Below are positions 52,368 to 64,000 of a DNA stretch of 64,000 bases, piece by piece. Numbering within the stretch: position 1 is the stretch's first letter; every line of letters starts with the position of its first letter. Source of the stretch: Mizuhopecten yessoensis (lineage: Eukaryota); NCBI RefSeq assembly GCF_002113885.1, contig NW_018408881.1:1171659-1235658 (forward strand), read 5' to 3'. A program made the position numbers and the translations under genes. The notes under the pieces are model-generated. The model saw only the letters and a list, made by a program, of their open reading frames with translations, did no database searches and had not been told where the DNA came from.

Positions 52368-54003
52368 ATGGGGAATTCCTGTAGCGAGCTAATTACATCA
52401 GTTGTGGTCCTACCAATCACGGCGGGGAACTATCGGAGGCGACAGAATGGCTCCCGGTATTATGACGGTACCCTATCGTCCTTAGTTTTCTTCCTCATCT
52501 TCCTCGCAACCGTCATCATATTAACCTTCAGCAAGGATATCGATATTGGCCAAGACAAGCGTCTTGCGATCGTTTTCATTTTACTGGCTGTGATCATGGT
52601 ATTAGGTATGTTTGCATGTGCTATCGTAGGATGTTTTATAAAAACATACGGACTTGGCCGTGTGGTGTTGAGGAGACAAGAGAGAAGTGTTACCAAGCTA
52701 CAGTTAATCTTCCTCTGGATATTTGGAATAGGTTCGGGCTGGCTTTCTGCTTTCCTTGCAGGACAGCAATTCCAATGTGATATTTTAAGTCAAAAGATTG
52801 ACGGAGGGGGTGATGTTTTCTGGTACTCCAGAGGAATTTTCAATGTCATTTTGACGATTATTTTATTCATACAAATAACTTTCATCAATTACTTTGTTCA
52901 GTTTCAAATGAAGTGTTCAACATCCGTCCGTTACTCATTATTTATCCTTGTGGGTGCGAATGTGTCTGTATGGTTGCATAGCATCATCACAGACAACGAA
53001 TCATTCCCTGAGAACATTCCAGGCAAACACTTCCGAAACAACAGTAAAATACTTGCCTGTCTACGAAACGAGACTATTGGATTCCTTCTCGACATTTCAA
53101 ACCCAATTTTAGATCCATGTTTACTTGAGTTTTGTTTGTTGTCTACAATGTTGCTATTTGAGATGTGGTCTCCAAATACTCTACAGACCTCTTCTGAAGG
53201 GACCTTCTCAAGAGACGACTCTCGAACGTATCGGGACAATGTTGAATCGAATTATACTTTGAACGATACGGAACGAAATCCGCTCCTAGGAAACGCAAAT
53301 CAAAATCCCGAAAACAGTCTATCTAGACACGGAGTCACCCGAACAGTGTATCATCTCATTGTCCTAGTGCTAAGTATCGTTGTTACAATAGGAAACGTTA
53401 TTTGTTACGTTGTTTGGGTGATGCACCCAAACAGTGGCCAAATTCGACTGGTTATAGAACAATTTGGTTTAGTCGAATTATGCCGCTACGATCGGGGCGA
53501 TTTTGGTGGGATTTTATTGTCTTGTTCATTATTGTATACCAGATCGGGAACCTAAACTCCTGACGGTCAGTGAGAACGTTTACCTATCGTCTGCTTTTGC
53601 TATGATCATGATGGGCTTCTGTGAAATTCTAACAGGTAACTTGTCGCCAGATAGCACCTCGGAATCGACAATAATATCGCACGTTTTCGGACTCGTACAA
53701 GTTTATCTGCAAGTTGTGTTTCTGCTTCATGCCAACAGATGTCGAAAATCTAACCAACATTTAAACATCCACGTACTGGATTGTGTATTGATATTCCTTA
53801 CAGTTATCAATATTAATTATTGGATCGTAGATAGCTTCGTACTTACTTCGTTTCCAGGCATCAGGAATGTTGAAAAAGTTGTCCTTGGTGGCACTCTATG
53901 GAATCTTTACCATAGAATACTATTACCGGCTGGCGTGTTTTTCAGATTTTCGTCGGTACTTGAGATGTTTACGATATTTGATATCTACAATACTGGTAGA
54001 TAA
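52368..54003 (+). CDS. Otopetrin-like protein B, single coding exon, 544 aa if one extra T (53478/53479) is removed
   Basis: ORFs 52368-53555 and 53503-54003 join into a polytopic protein with otopetrin-like motifs FLWIFGIG, FIQITFI, GANVSVWL, ILDPCLLEFCL..MLLFEMW, QVYLQVVFL, NINYWIVDSF and LPAGVFFRFSS. Confidence 0.85.
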
Positions 54004-56557
54004 CACTCCGTAATAAGTCAAATAAACAATTTTCCCCTGTGATGTGTCATGGCATGGCATATGTATGTTTTTTTTTTACTAAGTATCTCTATATTGATAA
54101 GCAAGAAGCTTTACATGTGTATATTTGTTTCCTTGTGTGGTTTTATTTACCCTCGCAACAGGTAACATACAGTACATGTGAAGACGGTTGCCTAGAGAAA
54201 CGAGAGAAAAGAAATGGTTTGGTTGGGTTGAACGTCCTATCAACAGCTAACGTCATCCCTGGATTGGTAGAGTCCCCGTATTGGCCGCCTCGAAAGAAAT
54301 ACAGTAGGATACATTGGGAAAATCAAATTTTGCATTCGAACTGCATGGGCGAAACAATGTAGAACCAATTATTGATAGCTTAGAACGAATTATTATGCTT
54401 TCTTCTTCAAATATTATACCAGAAAATGTATTAAGAAGCTGCGATATATTTTGATATTTGTCTTGACAGCATGTTTTGTTTCACATTTTCCTGTCTTTAA
54501 AAAATATCATAAACAATGTGTAAATATGACCCACTCATTATTTCATATGTTGAAGACATTTCGTATGACATTTCCTTGTACGTGTATTATATTATATATA
54601 ATGTATGGAACATATAAAATGGACTAAATAATGTAATATGTTCTATGCACTGATTATTATTTACAAAGTACACATAATGTAACATACCTATAACTAAGAA
54701 AATGTTTCATACACCGCCTTTTTAATTAACTTTTAATTAAATCTATTTACGATATTATGTAATAATAAATCAACGCATTTTTTTCAATTTGTTTTATTGA
54801 TAGCTCCAGCTGCAGACACTGCTGGGGGTATCTTTTTTTCCTTCCTTCACAGGTACGTCTCTTGTTTTAGTCGAGATCATGATCAGATTGTATCCCCCAG
54901 TGCGGAGAAAGCCTCGTGCAAAATAGCACGCACAAAATCATAACGTCATAAAAAGAGAACGGCGATTCTGACGTCATAAAAGGTGAATTACGAAATTTCG
55001 TACGCCAAATATGCTTTTGTTTACAAATGTGACTTCTGTCAGTTAAGTTGTAACTGAAATAATAGGATGGTAGAAAAAAAACTTTAAAAAAAATTTAAGA
55101 GTGAAACAGGGAAATATGCAACCCTCGGGGTGATTATTAAGTTGTCTAACCCTCGACAGAGCCTCGGGTTTGACAACCAATTAAATCACCTCTCGGATTA
55201 GAGATTTCTTTAGCACACCCTCAAGGTAGGGGAAGATTCTATTATTATTATCCTTTGTTGAAGTTAAAACTAATGAGCCTTACCTAGACAAAAGTAGAAA
55301 GTATTTCACTAAAGTGCCTATATCTCATGGGGACGGACTAAGGAGTTATTCCACAGCAAATCTTATATACCACTGGTAAGGAGTGAGAAACCTTTAACAG
55401 TGAGAACATACTATCTATATACTTCTATGTTATCCAGCTGAAAATAACAATTTAAGTAAATCATATCAAATCAAACGAGACGATGTATGCAGGTTTAATA
55501 ACGTAACCCCCAACTCCACTTAAATCAATATGTATAGCCGTGTGGTGCAGAATTATTAATTTTGGCATACTGTATCAATTATCAAAGAGAGGGTGCTTAT
55601 AATGCGGTTTTGTTTCACTTATTATTTTCTAAAAAAGTAGATCTTATTCTGCAACTTTACGTTCTTGCTATGGCTTTGAATTTCCTTGTGGGCACCTCCC
55701 CTTGATAGGTCCTATCATGTGTTTGCCTTGCGTTCATGTTTCGAGATACAGGGTGATAGACTCTGCTGGTGTATTGCTTAGTACCCGATGTTTGCCGGCC
55801 GTAACCTTGATGTTCACAGCAACCTCTGTTAAGTAGTAGCATGGTACATAGTATAAACACTTTACTTATTATTCATTTGAAATTAATCAGTACCCCTCTA
55901 TTTTTTGAAAATCATTTAATTACATGGTTTATGCAAAACACCTGCTGTTTCAACAATAGTTTTGAACAATTTGCATTTTCAACCTTTTTTTCCATGTAGC
56001 ATCACCGATGGATCCTAGAAGGACAACACATCTGTATGGTGCAATGTATTTCATTTTTCGGCTTACTGTATCGAATACAAAATTGTATAGGTGTAAATGT
56101 ATGCGTGTGTCTTGCATTCATCTTTAAACTCAATAATACAAATTGCATTTTATTTTGTGTATATTCTCGATCAACGTCACGCCATATAATTAAATGAAAA
56201 TATGTATGTGTTTATACGGGTATAAATAAAAAAGAGATTACCAGATGAAATTAACTGAAAGCTATGATTTTCTTTTATATATAAAAGTTATATTTGTTGA
56301 GATGTATTAAATGTTCCTAACCTTATTAAAGGGAGACAACTCCGTTTGGCATATGTCGTTTGACTTTTTCTATTAAATATACAGGAACTACACCTTCTGT
56401 TTGTGATTTCTTGCTTATAATGACTCCATGGTCAAAACTTACCCATGAACATAAAATTACAGTACATATCGAATGTACAAGAAACAAATGGTCAAAAGAT
56501 AAAAATTCCACGGAAGAACTTTTGGTATAAGGACTCCTAACTCATGCACTCTCCGAA

Positions 56558-56624
56558 GAGCAGTTCCTTTTGAGTAACATGGACGGAGAGCAGTTCCTTT
56601 TGAGTAACATGGACGGAGAGCAGA
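56558..56624. repeat. 30-bp tandem duplication
   Basis: GAGCAGTTCCTTTTGAGTAACATGGACGGA x 2. Confidence 0.85.
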
Positions 56625-56679
56625 GTGCACACTGCCGTAAAGAAAACTGATAAGCTGCTTCACAAGTCGCTCAGCAGTC

Positions 56680-56830
56680 ACCTTTCTTCTGTAATTGCGA
56701 TAAGAAAAACAAGTTCGACACAGGTTGGTAGTTTTTCATTTTGTTTTTGTCTAAAGCAGGTTTCTTCAAAAGTGAGCAAACGACGGCTGTTTTTGGAAAC
56801 AGTGGAACAATGGATTCATCATGAGACTTT
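56680..56830 (-). mobile_element. CR1/L2-type LINE reverse transcriptase fragment
   Basis: KTAVVCSLLKKPALDKNKMKNYQPVSNLFFLSQL resembles the KKPxLDxxxxxNYRPVSNLPFLSK RT motif. Confidence 0.8.
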
Positions 56831-57317
56831 TTGGTGATGGAGCTAAGCAAAAGAAACAGACATTTTACACACAGTTTCAAATGTTATTATCAATATCACA
56901 CAATTTAGTTTGAGTCTTTGCAAATATAACGAGCAACTCATCATTGGACATTTGATCAAGATTGTGGATGCTCACCTTCAAATCGAATGCCATCCGACGT
57001 AGACGCGTTGACAATATCAGCTGGAAAGTTAATCTCACCAAATTAACGTTCTTTTATCAATGAAAACTGAGCTGAAGTCTTTGGTCAGAAGCGTTAACTC
57101 GGAGGGGTATACATCCTTTCCGATCCATGGGGATCTTGTGGAATATTCCTCTATTTAATTGAATTTAAAATCTCGCTGAGGCAAAGCGAGAAGATTGCTC
57201 ACTTTCCGATATTGCTAGTTTGGTCCTTTGAAACGATCTGTTCTGTCCTATGGTACTACTGCTTTCCCTCGCGACTTTCTTCTGTTTTCCGCCGGTTTAT
57301 TAGGTATGGCACAATAC

Positions 57318-58038
57318 ACAGGGACCTGAGAATCTGTTAGTTATGTTTTTACCTAAACTAAGGTGTTCAGACTAATTTTACACACGTTTAAGGGTTTAGA
57401 TCTATTTTCGGTAAAAATGCCACCCCCAATGATAATATAGGAGAGGGGGTATATTTTTTACCGAAAGTTTATCTAAACCCCAAAAACGTGTAACCTAATT
57501 ACTCTGAACAGACTAATTTAGGTCCAAATTTAGCTGTAACAAATCTTCATGTCCCTGTGGTACTATGTACATTAAGGTAATATCCTGAGATGGCATTCTA
57601 GACACATTTTCATTGGTTGATAGTTTGATTATATAGTAAACCCTGATATATACCATGACTAAGAGGTTGTGTGCTATTTTACCGAAGGTTAAACAATCTG
57701 CAGCATTGTACACAGGGTTTCCGTGCTAGTTCAAGGGAGGAAACTCGGCTTGGCATATACTGATCCAATACTTTTGTGATTTCTTGTTTATAATTATTCA
57801 CTAGCCACGAATTTTTCCATATCCATTTTCGGAGTACTGGCTAAGTGCTTTCATTCACAGGACCTGATAAATTGTTACAGCTATATTTGGACCTAAACTA
57901 AGCAGTTCAGAGTTGGGTGTTTACATTATCTTTCGGTAAAAGTACCCCGATCCCAAATGGGATGATATATACTTTTGGGGTGGCATTTTTACCAAAATAT
58001 GACCTAAACCCATGTAACAAATTATCAGGTCCCTGTGC
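57318..58038. mobile_element. Two related palindromic MITEs (about 57318-57560 and 57856-58038) in opposite orientation
   Basis: TIRs CACAGG(G)ACCTGA...TCA(T/G)GTCCCTGTG and a shared internal CGGTAAAA. Confidence 0.7.
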
Positions 58039-61000
58039 TTTCATTGTCTAGTTATTTGAGTATGATGTCAGTTTATAGTACATTGTCAAGTTATAATCCC
58101 CTTGTGACGTCATGATACATTGTCAGTTTTCATCCTAAACTGTGTGCTTGCAAGTCTGTGGCGTCCATAATCACGTTATTTTATCTTGAGTTACACATGA
58201 CACATGTAGTATGGCCATGCATTAAGCCCTTAAACCCAGAAAAAACATCGCACTATACTCCAGACACCGAAGATCTATTAATCTCATGTATGTCTGAATC
58301 GAAGCTGGAATGTTTTGAAAGTATCTAGTTTTTTGAATGATCAAAATATATAATTGTATTGCAAATTCAGAATAAAATTGTCAACAGAAATTGGAAGATG
58401 GGAAATATGGAAAAGGAATGAACGAAATAAACGACGAGTTTCATTCTATTTTAGTGTCTTTGTACTGTAACTAGAGAAAAATCATTATACTCGGTCAATA
58501 TTTTGCGTGAACGAGTGAACAATTTGAAATGTTCCCCTATAATGAGCTTGGGAAATAAGACATAAAAAATCCAAGAAATCTCTGTTTTATCAAATACATA
58601 TAAAGTTTGTCTTTCTAAATGATAAGCAGATTTCATTGGGCCTCATAACTGTTGTGCATACTGTAAATATGTGTGGGAATAAAACCTGTTTCCCACTGAC
58701 GTTATAGGAGTCAGTTTAAGGAGTTGTGAGACACATCGGTAAGCTACAAGCAGATTGTTCGTAACGATATCCCACACCACCTTGCTGCTCGACGGTAGAC
58801 CCTGTCGAGTCTCCTGAAGTCTCCCTGAAGAAAAAAGGATCCCAAGTCGAAGCGGTACAGAAAGTGTCATGTAACAGAGGTCATTGCTTTTTTCCCAATG
58901 CCTCCGCTAGGAGTCGAACCCTGGACATCTGGTTTATTAGTCTTACACTTTACCTAATGAGATGAAGAGAATTTCTCCCTAATTGAGTCGGTAATAAGCG
59001 GTCAGTATTTTACCAGGGTGACAAACGGTGCGGTCCTGGTTCACTTTATGTTTATAGTTCTTTGTATACAAAAAGCTAAATAATTTGGTAGTTTCATGGA
59101 TGTGTTGCACGCTTTTCAAATCACAATTGCTCCAGCTAAGGTCTGAACTGACGATGCTTCCTTAGACCTAGGTATTTCTCGAAATGGGTGCAAAGATAAA
59201 GATAGCCGAATTTCCCGCTTAAATTCTTGGAGATAGCCTATTAGATGTAACCTGACATTGCTCGGGGTGAAATACCATCATCCGCCATATATGTTACTCC
59301 TCGCCTGTTCTTTATATTTTGTCCCAGCATAGACTTTTATTTTAGCATGATGCCATTTAAGCAAATGAGCAGTTGCATGTACATGTACGTCAAATTTCCC
59401 CACATACTATTTTGAATTTAATGGTTTAACAATACCTCCTCGTAACAGGCTTGTTGGGAGATTTCATAATTCTGAGTGATGCTGTTCAACAATTAAAAGT
59501 ATTCGTGAACATTAATTGAAGTCTTTAATTTTGTCGACACTAATTTAATTTATGTCATATCAATTAAATTCAGCTTCTTTTATTGTTTCAGAAAATCTGA
59601 AAAAAAGAACGTAATATCACGAAATTGCTATCTTAGTCTGTGGTAATATATAGAACAACGCCATCAGAAGCCATCAGAAAGCACCACTAAGCTTCAAAAA
59701 TGTTTTTTTTTAAATGATTGTTTTCATTTATTTCTCAATTAGTATATGTGTATAGCTAAATATAGATTATACAATACATTATAAATAAGTAGGTGTCATT
59801 TTTACAATAAAATCGTTCATGATCCGTGGTATTTAAATCCTAAACATTAAAATGTAACACAAAGCACGTATACGTATAAATATATCATAATATGAAATGT
59901 ATGTTATTCAGGTAAAACTTTTCAATATACACTACACAGTACATAATGTATATGACAACAGGCGTGCTGGTACCGATGTATATATCATTAAAATGCTAAT
60001 ACGTCTGTCCTTTGTGATCACATAATTTAGCAAGTTTCAGCATGTGTATTTGGTTCAGTGGAAATCACTTATAGCTAGATCTACATAGTGAACAGGTGAA
60101 AGTAAATATATCCTCTTTAAATGCAATGGGCCATTCAGGTAAACATAACCTTATAGTACAGGTATTTATATCACGTGACTTTCATACGAGTCACTTGGCG
60201 GATTACCAAAATGCTTCCAAAATAACTCGAACATGGTCTGCTTCGTGTACATATAGATCTTAGCCGGGAAAATTATTTCAATGACAAAAACGTCGGAAGG
60301 GAAACTCATTCAACTTCGAAGACAAGCTAACGCTTGGTCCGGAATACGGATATAAACAGGACAGGTGTGTCATACACAGGAAAATTGATTGTTTCGTCGC
60401 ACTAACCATGTGGATCGGCTGTGTATATATGTGTGTGCATTCTGAATGCCTGCTGGTGCTTGCATATTGCTAAATTTAAATCGTGTGTGTGGATACATTT
60501 CGACAAATGGAGGATCTTATTTATTGTTTATTTCGTCAATAGTGGAATTAAATGTTTTAGAATATAAAACAATGGTTTAGTCGTAAACAATACGGCACTG
60601 TGATCTGATAGATCTATATAGGACACCTCTATATATCGGGGGATTGTATTGAGGTGACGTTACTATGAACGCTTTGATGAAGATTGAAGAGTTCCACTGT
60701 TGACTTGAGCGGGGGATGGCCATGCAGATTGCTGGCACGTGGATGCAGGACAGTCTTGGACGACAGGTAACTAACCAGGTAGATCGTAATATTACGTGAA
60801 GTCGTTGGAGACGAAAGAATGATCAATGTTTATCATAACTAAACATTTAATGTGAAACTGTTGTTCTTCCCCAGGCACACAACTTTGACAAGTGGTGTCA
60901 TTTCAGTGTTGCCTCCTTGGGAGGGGTCATTTCATTATAACAGTTGGGTGTAATTTAATTGTCCTGTGGATGGAATCTACACCCATCCTATAAACTAAGC

Positions 61001-61187
61001 ACTCAGTTTGATAAAACTTTATGAAACATATGTGGGGTGTAAAAAAACCGGCTGAATCACTGTGGTATATATGCCTGGGCTAGTACTACAGGAAAGAAGT
61101 CTGATAAAATATATTGGATTGGTTTGGAGTGATAGGGTACAGTACACACTCTTGTTTCTTGTTGAGGGAGGAGGGGTACACAATAGA

Positions 61188-61715
61188 CAGGCGCGTAGCT
61201 AGCCCCTTTACCATGTGTAAGCCCCGACATGGGGTTGCCGTAGGCAGCCCCCCCCCCCCCGAAGCGCGAGCAGGGGGAGGGTACGGGAGTCGGTCTTCCC
61301 CCTCCCGTAAGGGGGGTCTGGGGGGTCTCCCCCATGAACATTTTGTTTTCTAGAACGTCTCAGTAGCCATTTCCCACGGCCTGATGTCTGAGATAATGAT
61401 ATGTTGTAATTTATAATATAGTTTTAAAACAGGGGCAGGACTTGCCCCGGTCTCCCCTACACATGTATAATACATGTGTAGGGGGGACCGGGGCAAACAC
61501 GGCCCCTTTTCTTTTTTCAAGACGTTATGGAAGGCATGTACTATATACTGTTGAAATGCATATTTATATATGTCATTTAGAAAAGAAATGTATTGTCTTT
61601 CATAAACTAATAAACAAATCTTAAACAAGACCATATTTTGGGAACTATTGGACTTTTTAGGTCGAGAGAGTTGGGGGCCGGACGAGCCCCGCCCTGAGGT
61701 AAATCCGGCCCCTAC
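61188..61715. repeat. GC-rich MITE-like element with an internal hairpin
   Basis: CAGGCGCGTAGCTAG start, GGGGGGTCTGGGGGGTCTCCCCC motif and a 26-bp stem at 61443-61495. Confidence 0.5.
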
Positions 61716-61756
61716 CAGGGCAAGTATGGCATGAAGGATAGAGAAGACAATTTACT

Positions 61757-62629
61757 NNNNNNNNNNNNNNNNNNNNNNNNNNNNNNNNNNNNNNNNNNNN
61801 NNNNNNNNNNNNNNNNNNNNNNNNNNNNNNNNNNNNNNNNNNNNNNNNNNNNNNNNNNNNNNNNNNNNNNNNNNNNNNNNNNNNNNNNNNNNNNNNNNNN
61901 NNNNNNNNNNNNNNNNNNNNNNNNNNNNNNNNNNNNNNNNNNNNNNNNNNNNNNNNNNNNNNNNNNNNNNNNNNNNNNNNNNNNNNNNNNNNNNNNNNNN
62001 NNNNNNNNNNNNNNNNNNNNNNNNNNNNNNNNNNNNNNNNNNNNNNNNNNNNNNNNNNNNNNNNNNNNNNNNNNNNNNNNNNNNNNNNNNNNNNNNNNNN
62101 NNNNNNNNNNNNNNNNNNNNNNNNNNNNNNNNNNNNNNNNNNNNNNNNNNNNNNNNNNNNNNNNNNNNNNNNNNNNNNNNNNNNNNNNNNNNNNNNNNNN
62201 NNNNNNNNNNNNNNNNNNNNNNNNNNNNNNNNNNNNNNNNNNNNNNNNNNNNNNNNNNNNNNNNNNNNNNNNNNNNNNNNNNNNNNNNNNNNNNNNNNNN
62301 NNNNNNNNNNNNNNNNNNNNNNNNNNNNNNNNNNNNNNNNNNNNNNNNNNNNNNNNNNNNNNNNNNNNNNNNNNNNNNNNNNNNNNNNNNNNNNNNNNNN
62401 NNNNNNNNNNNNNNNNNNNNNNNNNNNNNNNNNNNNNNNNNNNNNNNNNNNNNNNNNNNNNNNNNNNNNNNNNNNNNNNNNNNNNNNNNNNNNNNNNNNN
62501 NNNNNNNNNNNNNNNNNNNNNNNNNNNNNNNNNNNNNNNNNNNNNNNNNNNNNNNNNNNNNNNNNNNNNNNNNNNNNNNNNNNNNNNNNNNNNNNNNNNN
62601 NNNNNNNNNNNNNNNNNNNNNNNNNNNNN
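61757..62629. other. Assembly gap (873 N)
   Basis: Run of N. Confidence 1.
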
Positions 62630-63884
62630 CACCCCCAACCCCACCCCCACCACCATGTACCTAGTCTAACCAGTTATAGATGTACAAATGGTACTCATGG
62701 ACCCCTTGATTTAAACTGGAATATACACCCTCCAGATCAGAATAGATAATATTTTTCTGGTTTTCTAGTTTTTCTCAAACACATAATACACCATTTCTCG
62801 CCTATAAACTGCCCCATCCCTGCCTGTGTCTTTTCTTTTTGTACAACCATTATACATTCTTTCAGGCTTGCATGAAACAAAGTGCACAATATATGCATTA
62901 TGTAGAAAATTTGGAAAAGATCTGTAATATTTCTTTTTTACCCAAATATGCATATATATGCCTTGTTCAGTTTGCAAGGAACATCAAGCCTTCTGGGCCA
63001 GTGAATGGTCATCTTACATGAACATTAATTCAAATCGTGATAAAACGCAACATCCTTAATATTTATAAGTCCTTTAAGAAAACAAGTCAACATGTGTTAA
63101 TGTTTGAAAAATGATATGTTTAGGGGCTAGTTGGGCCAGTTGCCATAAAATTCAACTGGCCCTGAAGGCCATTTTATCATTTACAGTAAGTTGACCCCTG
63201 TGTACATCAGGCCAGACCAAAACAATATGTGTTTCCTGCAACACGCTGAAAAGATTTAGGTAGGGTAGGTAACAAATTTGATTTTAACAAATAATATTAT
63301 ATGGTTTATATAGGAGAGTGATCTTGACTTTAACAGTGCTTCTTTTAAAAATTGCCTTATTTTTTTTAGGGAAGGCACAACAAATTAGGGTAGGTAGGGT
63401 AACTGGAAACACCAAATACTTTTTGCTTGATCTAAGTCAGCATCAGGTCATTTATCAAAATCGTAGAATTATTTTCCTACATCGGTGTCTCTGTGACCTA
63501 AAAACTTGCATGAAATTATTATGGTACAATGTATAAAATCTATGTAGGACCCTCTTTAAAAAACCTCTGACATCTGTAAGTCAGCACAGGTCCTATACAA
63601 GTTCTGTAAAACCACAGGATGACACACGACCAGTTATATTATAGAAATTCCAAATGGCCAGCGTTTGGTCCCATGGATACCTGGGTCAAGTCTGAACATA
63701 CCTACAGCAGGTAAATACAACGCATCAGTGATGTTTTTAGATACAAAACAATAAAACCAATTTATAAATATACTGCAATCCATTGGTCAACCTCTATGCA
63801 TATTATACATAGTGACATTGGGTTAATTATCCCTCCCCATCTTAAAGATCCCTGTCTCACTGCACTGTTTTTTCTTATGTACAG

Positions 63885-63985
63885 TAACTTCCCCTTAACT
63901 TCCCCTCCCTTAACTTCCCCTTAACTTCCCCTTAACTTCTCCTTAACTTCCCCTTAACTCCCCTTAACTTCTCCTTAACTTCCAT
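63885..63985. repeat. 11-bp tandem repeat (TAACTTCCCCT)n
   Basis: Seen directly. Confidence 0.9.
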
Positions 63986-64000
63986 TTTGATATAACCGTA

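Noticed and set aside
61712-62669. 312-aa and 314-aa ORFs
   Set aside because: Artefacts of the N gap.

Overview
AT-rich, intron-containing animal genomic DNA. Its SINE, HINE-like and MITE repeats resemble those of bivalve molluscs (inference). Gene order: (1) an otopetrin-like gene on the minus strand that runs off the left edge; (2) a 3-exon gene on the minus strand, missed by the ORF track, encoding a 170-aa secreted precursor: signal peptide + APAVVSL + 11 x [K/R]KR-EADAPA(I/V)VSL; (3) head-to-head with it, a 12-exon, 360-aa secreted monofunctional PHM-like copper monooxygenase; (4) a decayed otopetrin pseudogene; (5) an otopetrin-like gene with one +1 frameshift. The PHM-like enzyme keeps the CuM site but has lost one CuH His and the Arg/Tyr pair that binds the C-terminal Gly carboxylate. 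The main candidate novelty is the precursor/PHM-like pair: the repeat peptides have no Gly amide donor and the neighbouring enzyme lacks Gly-recognition residues. This is what an animal-encoded RiPP-like (precursor + oxidative tailoring enzyme) cluster would look like, but the functional link is inference only. The rest is TE debris (Tc1, Crypton, LINE fragments, two solo LTRs with TSDs, SINEs, HINE-like elements, MITEs), tandem repeats and an 873-N gap. All translations and alignments were done by eye; reference residue numbers are from memory.
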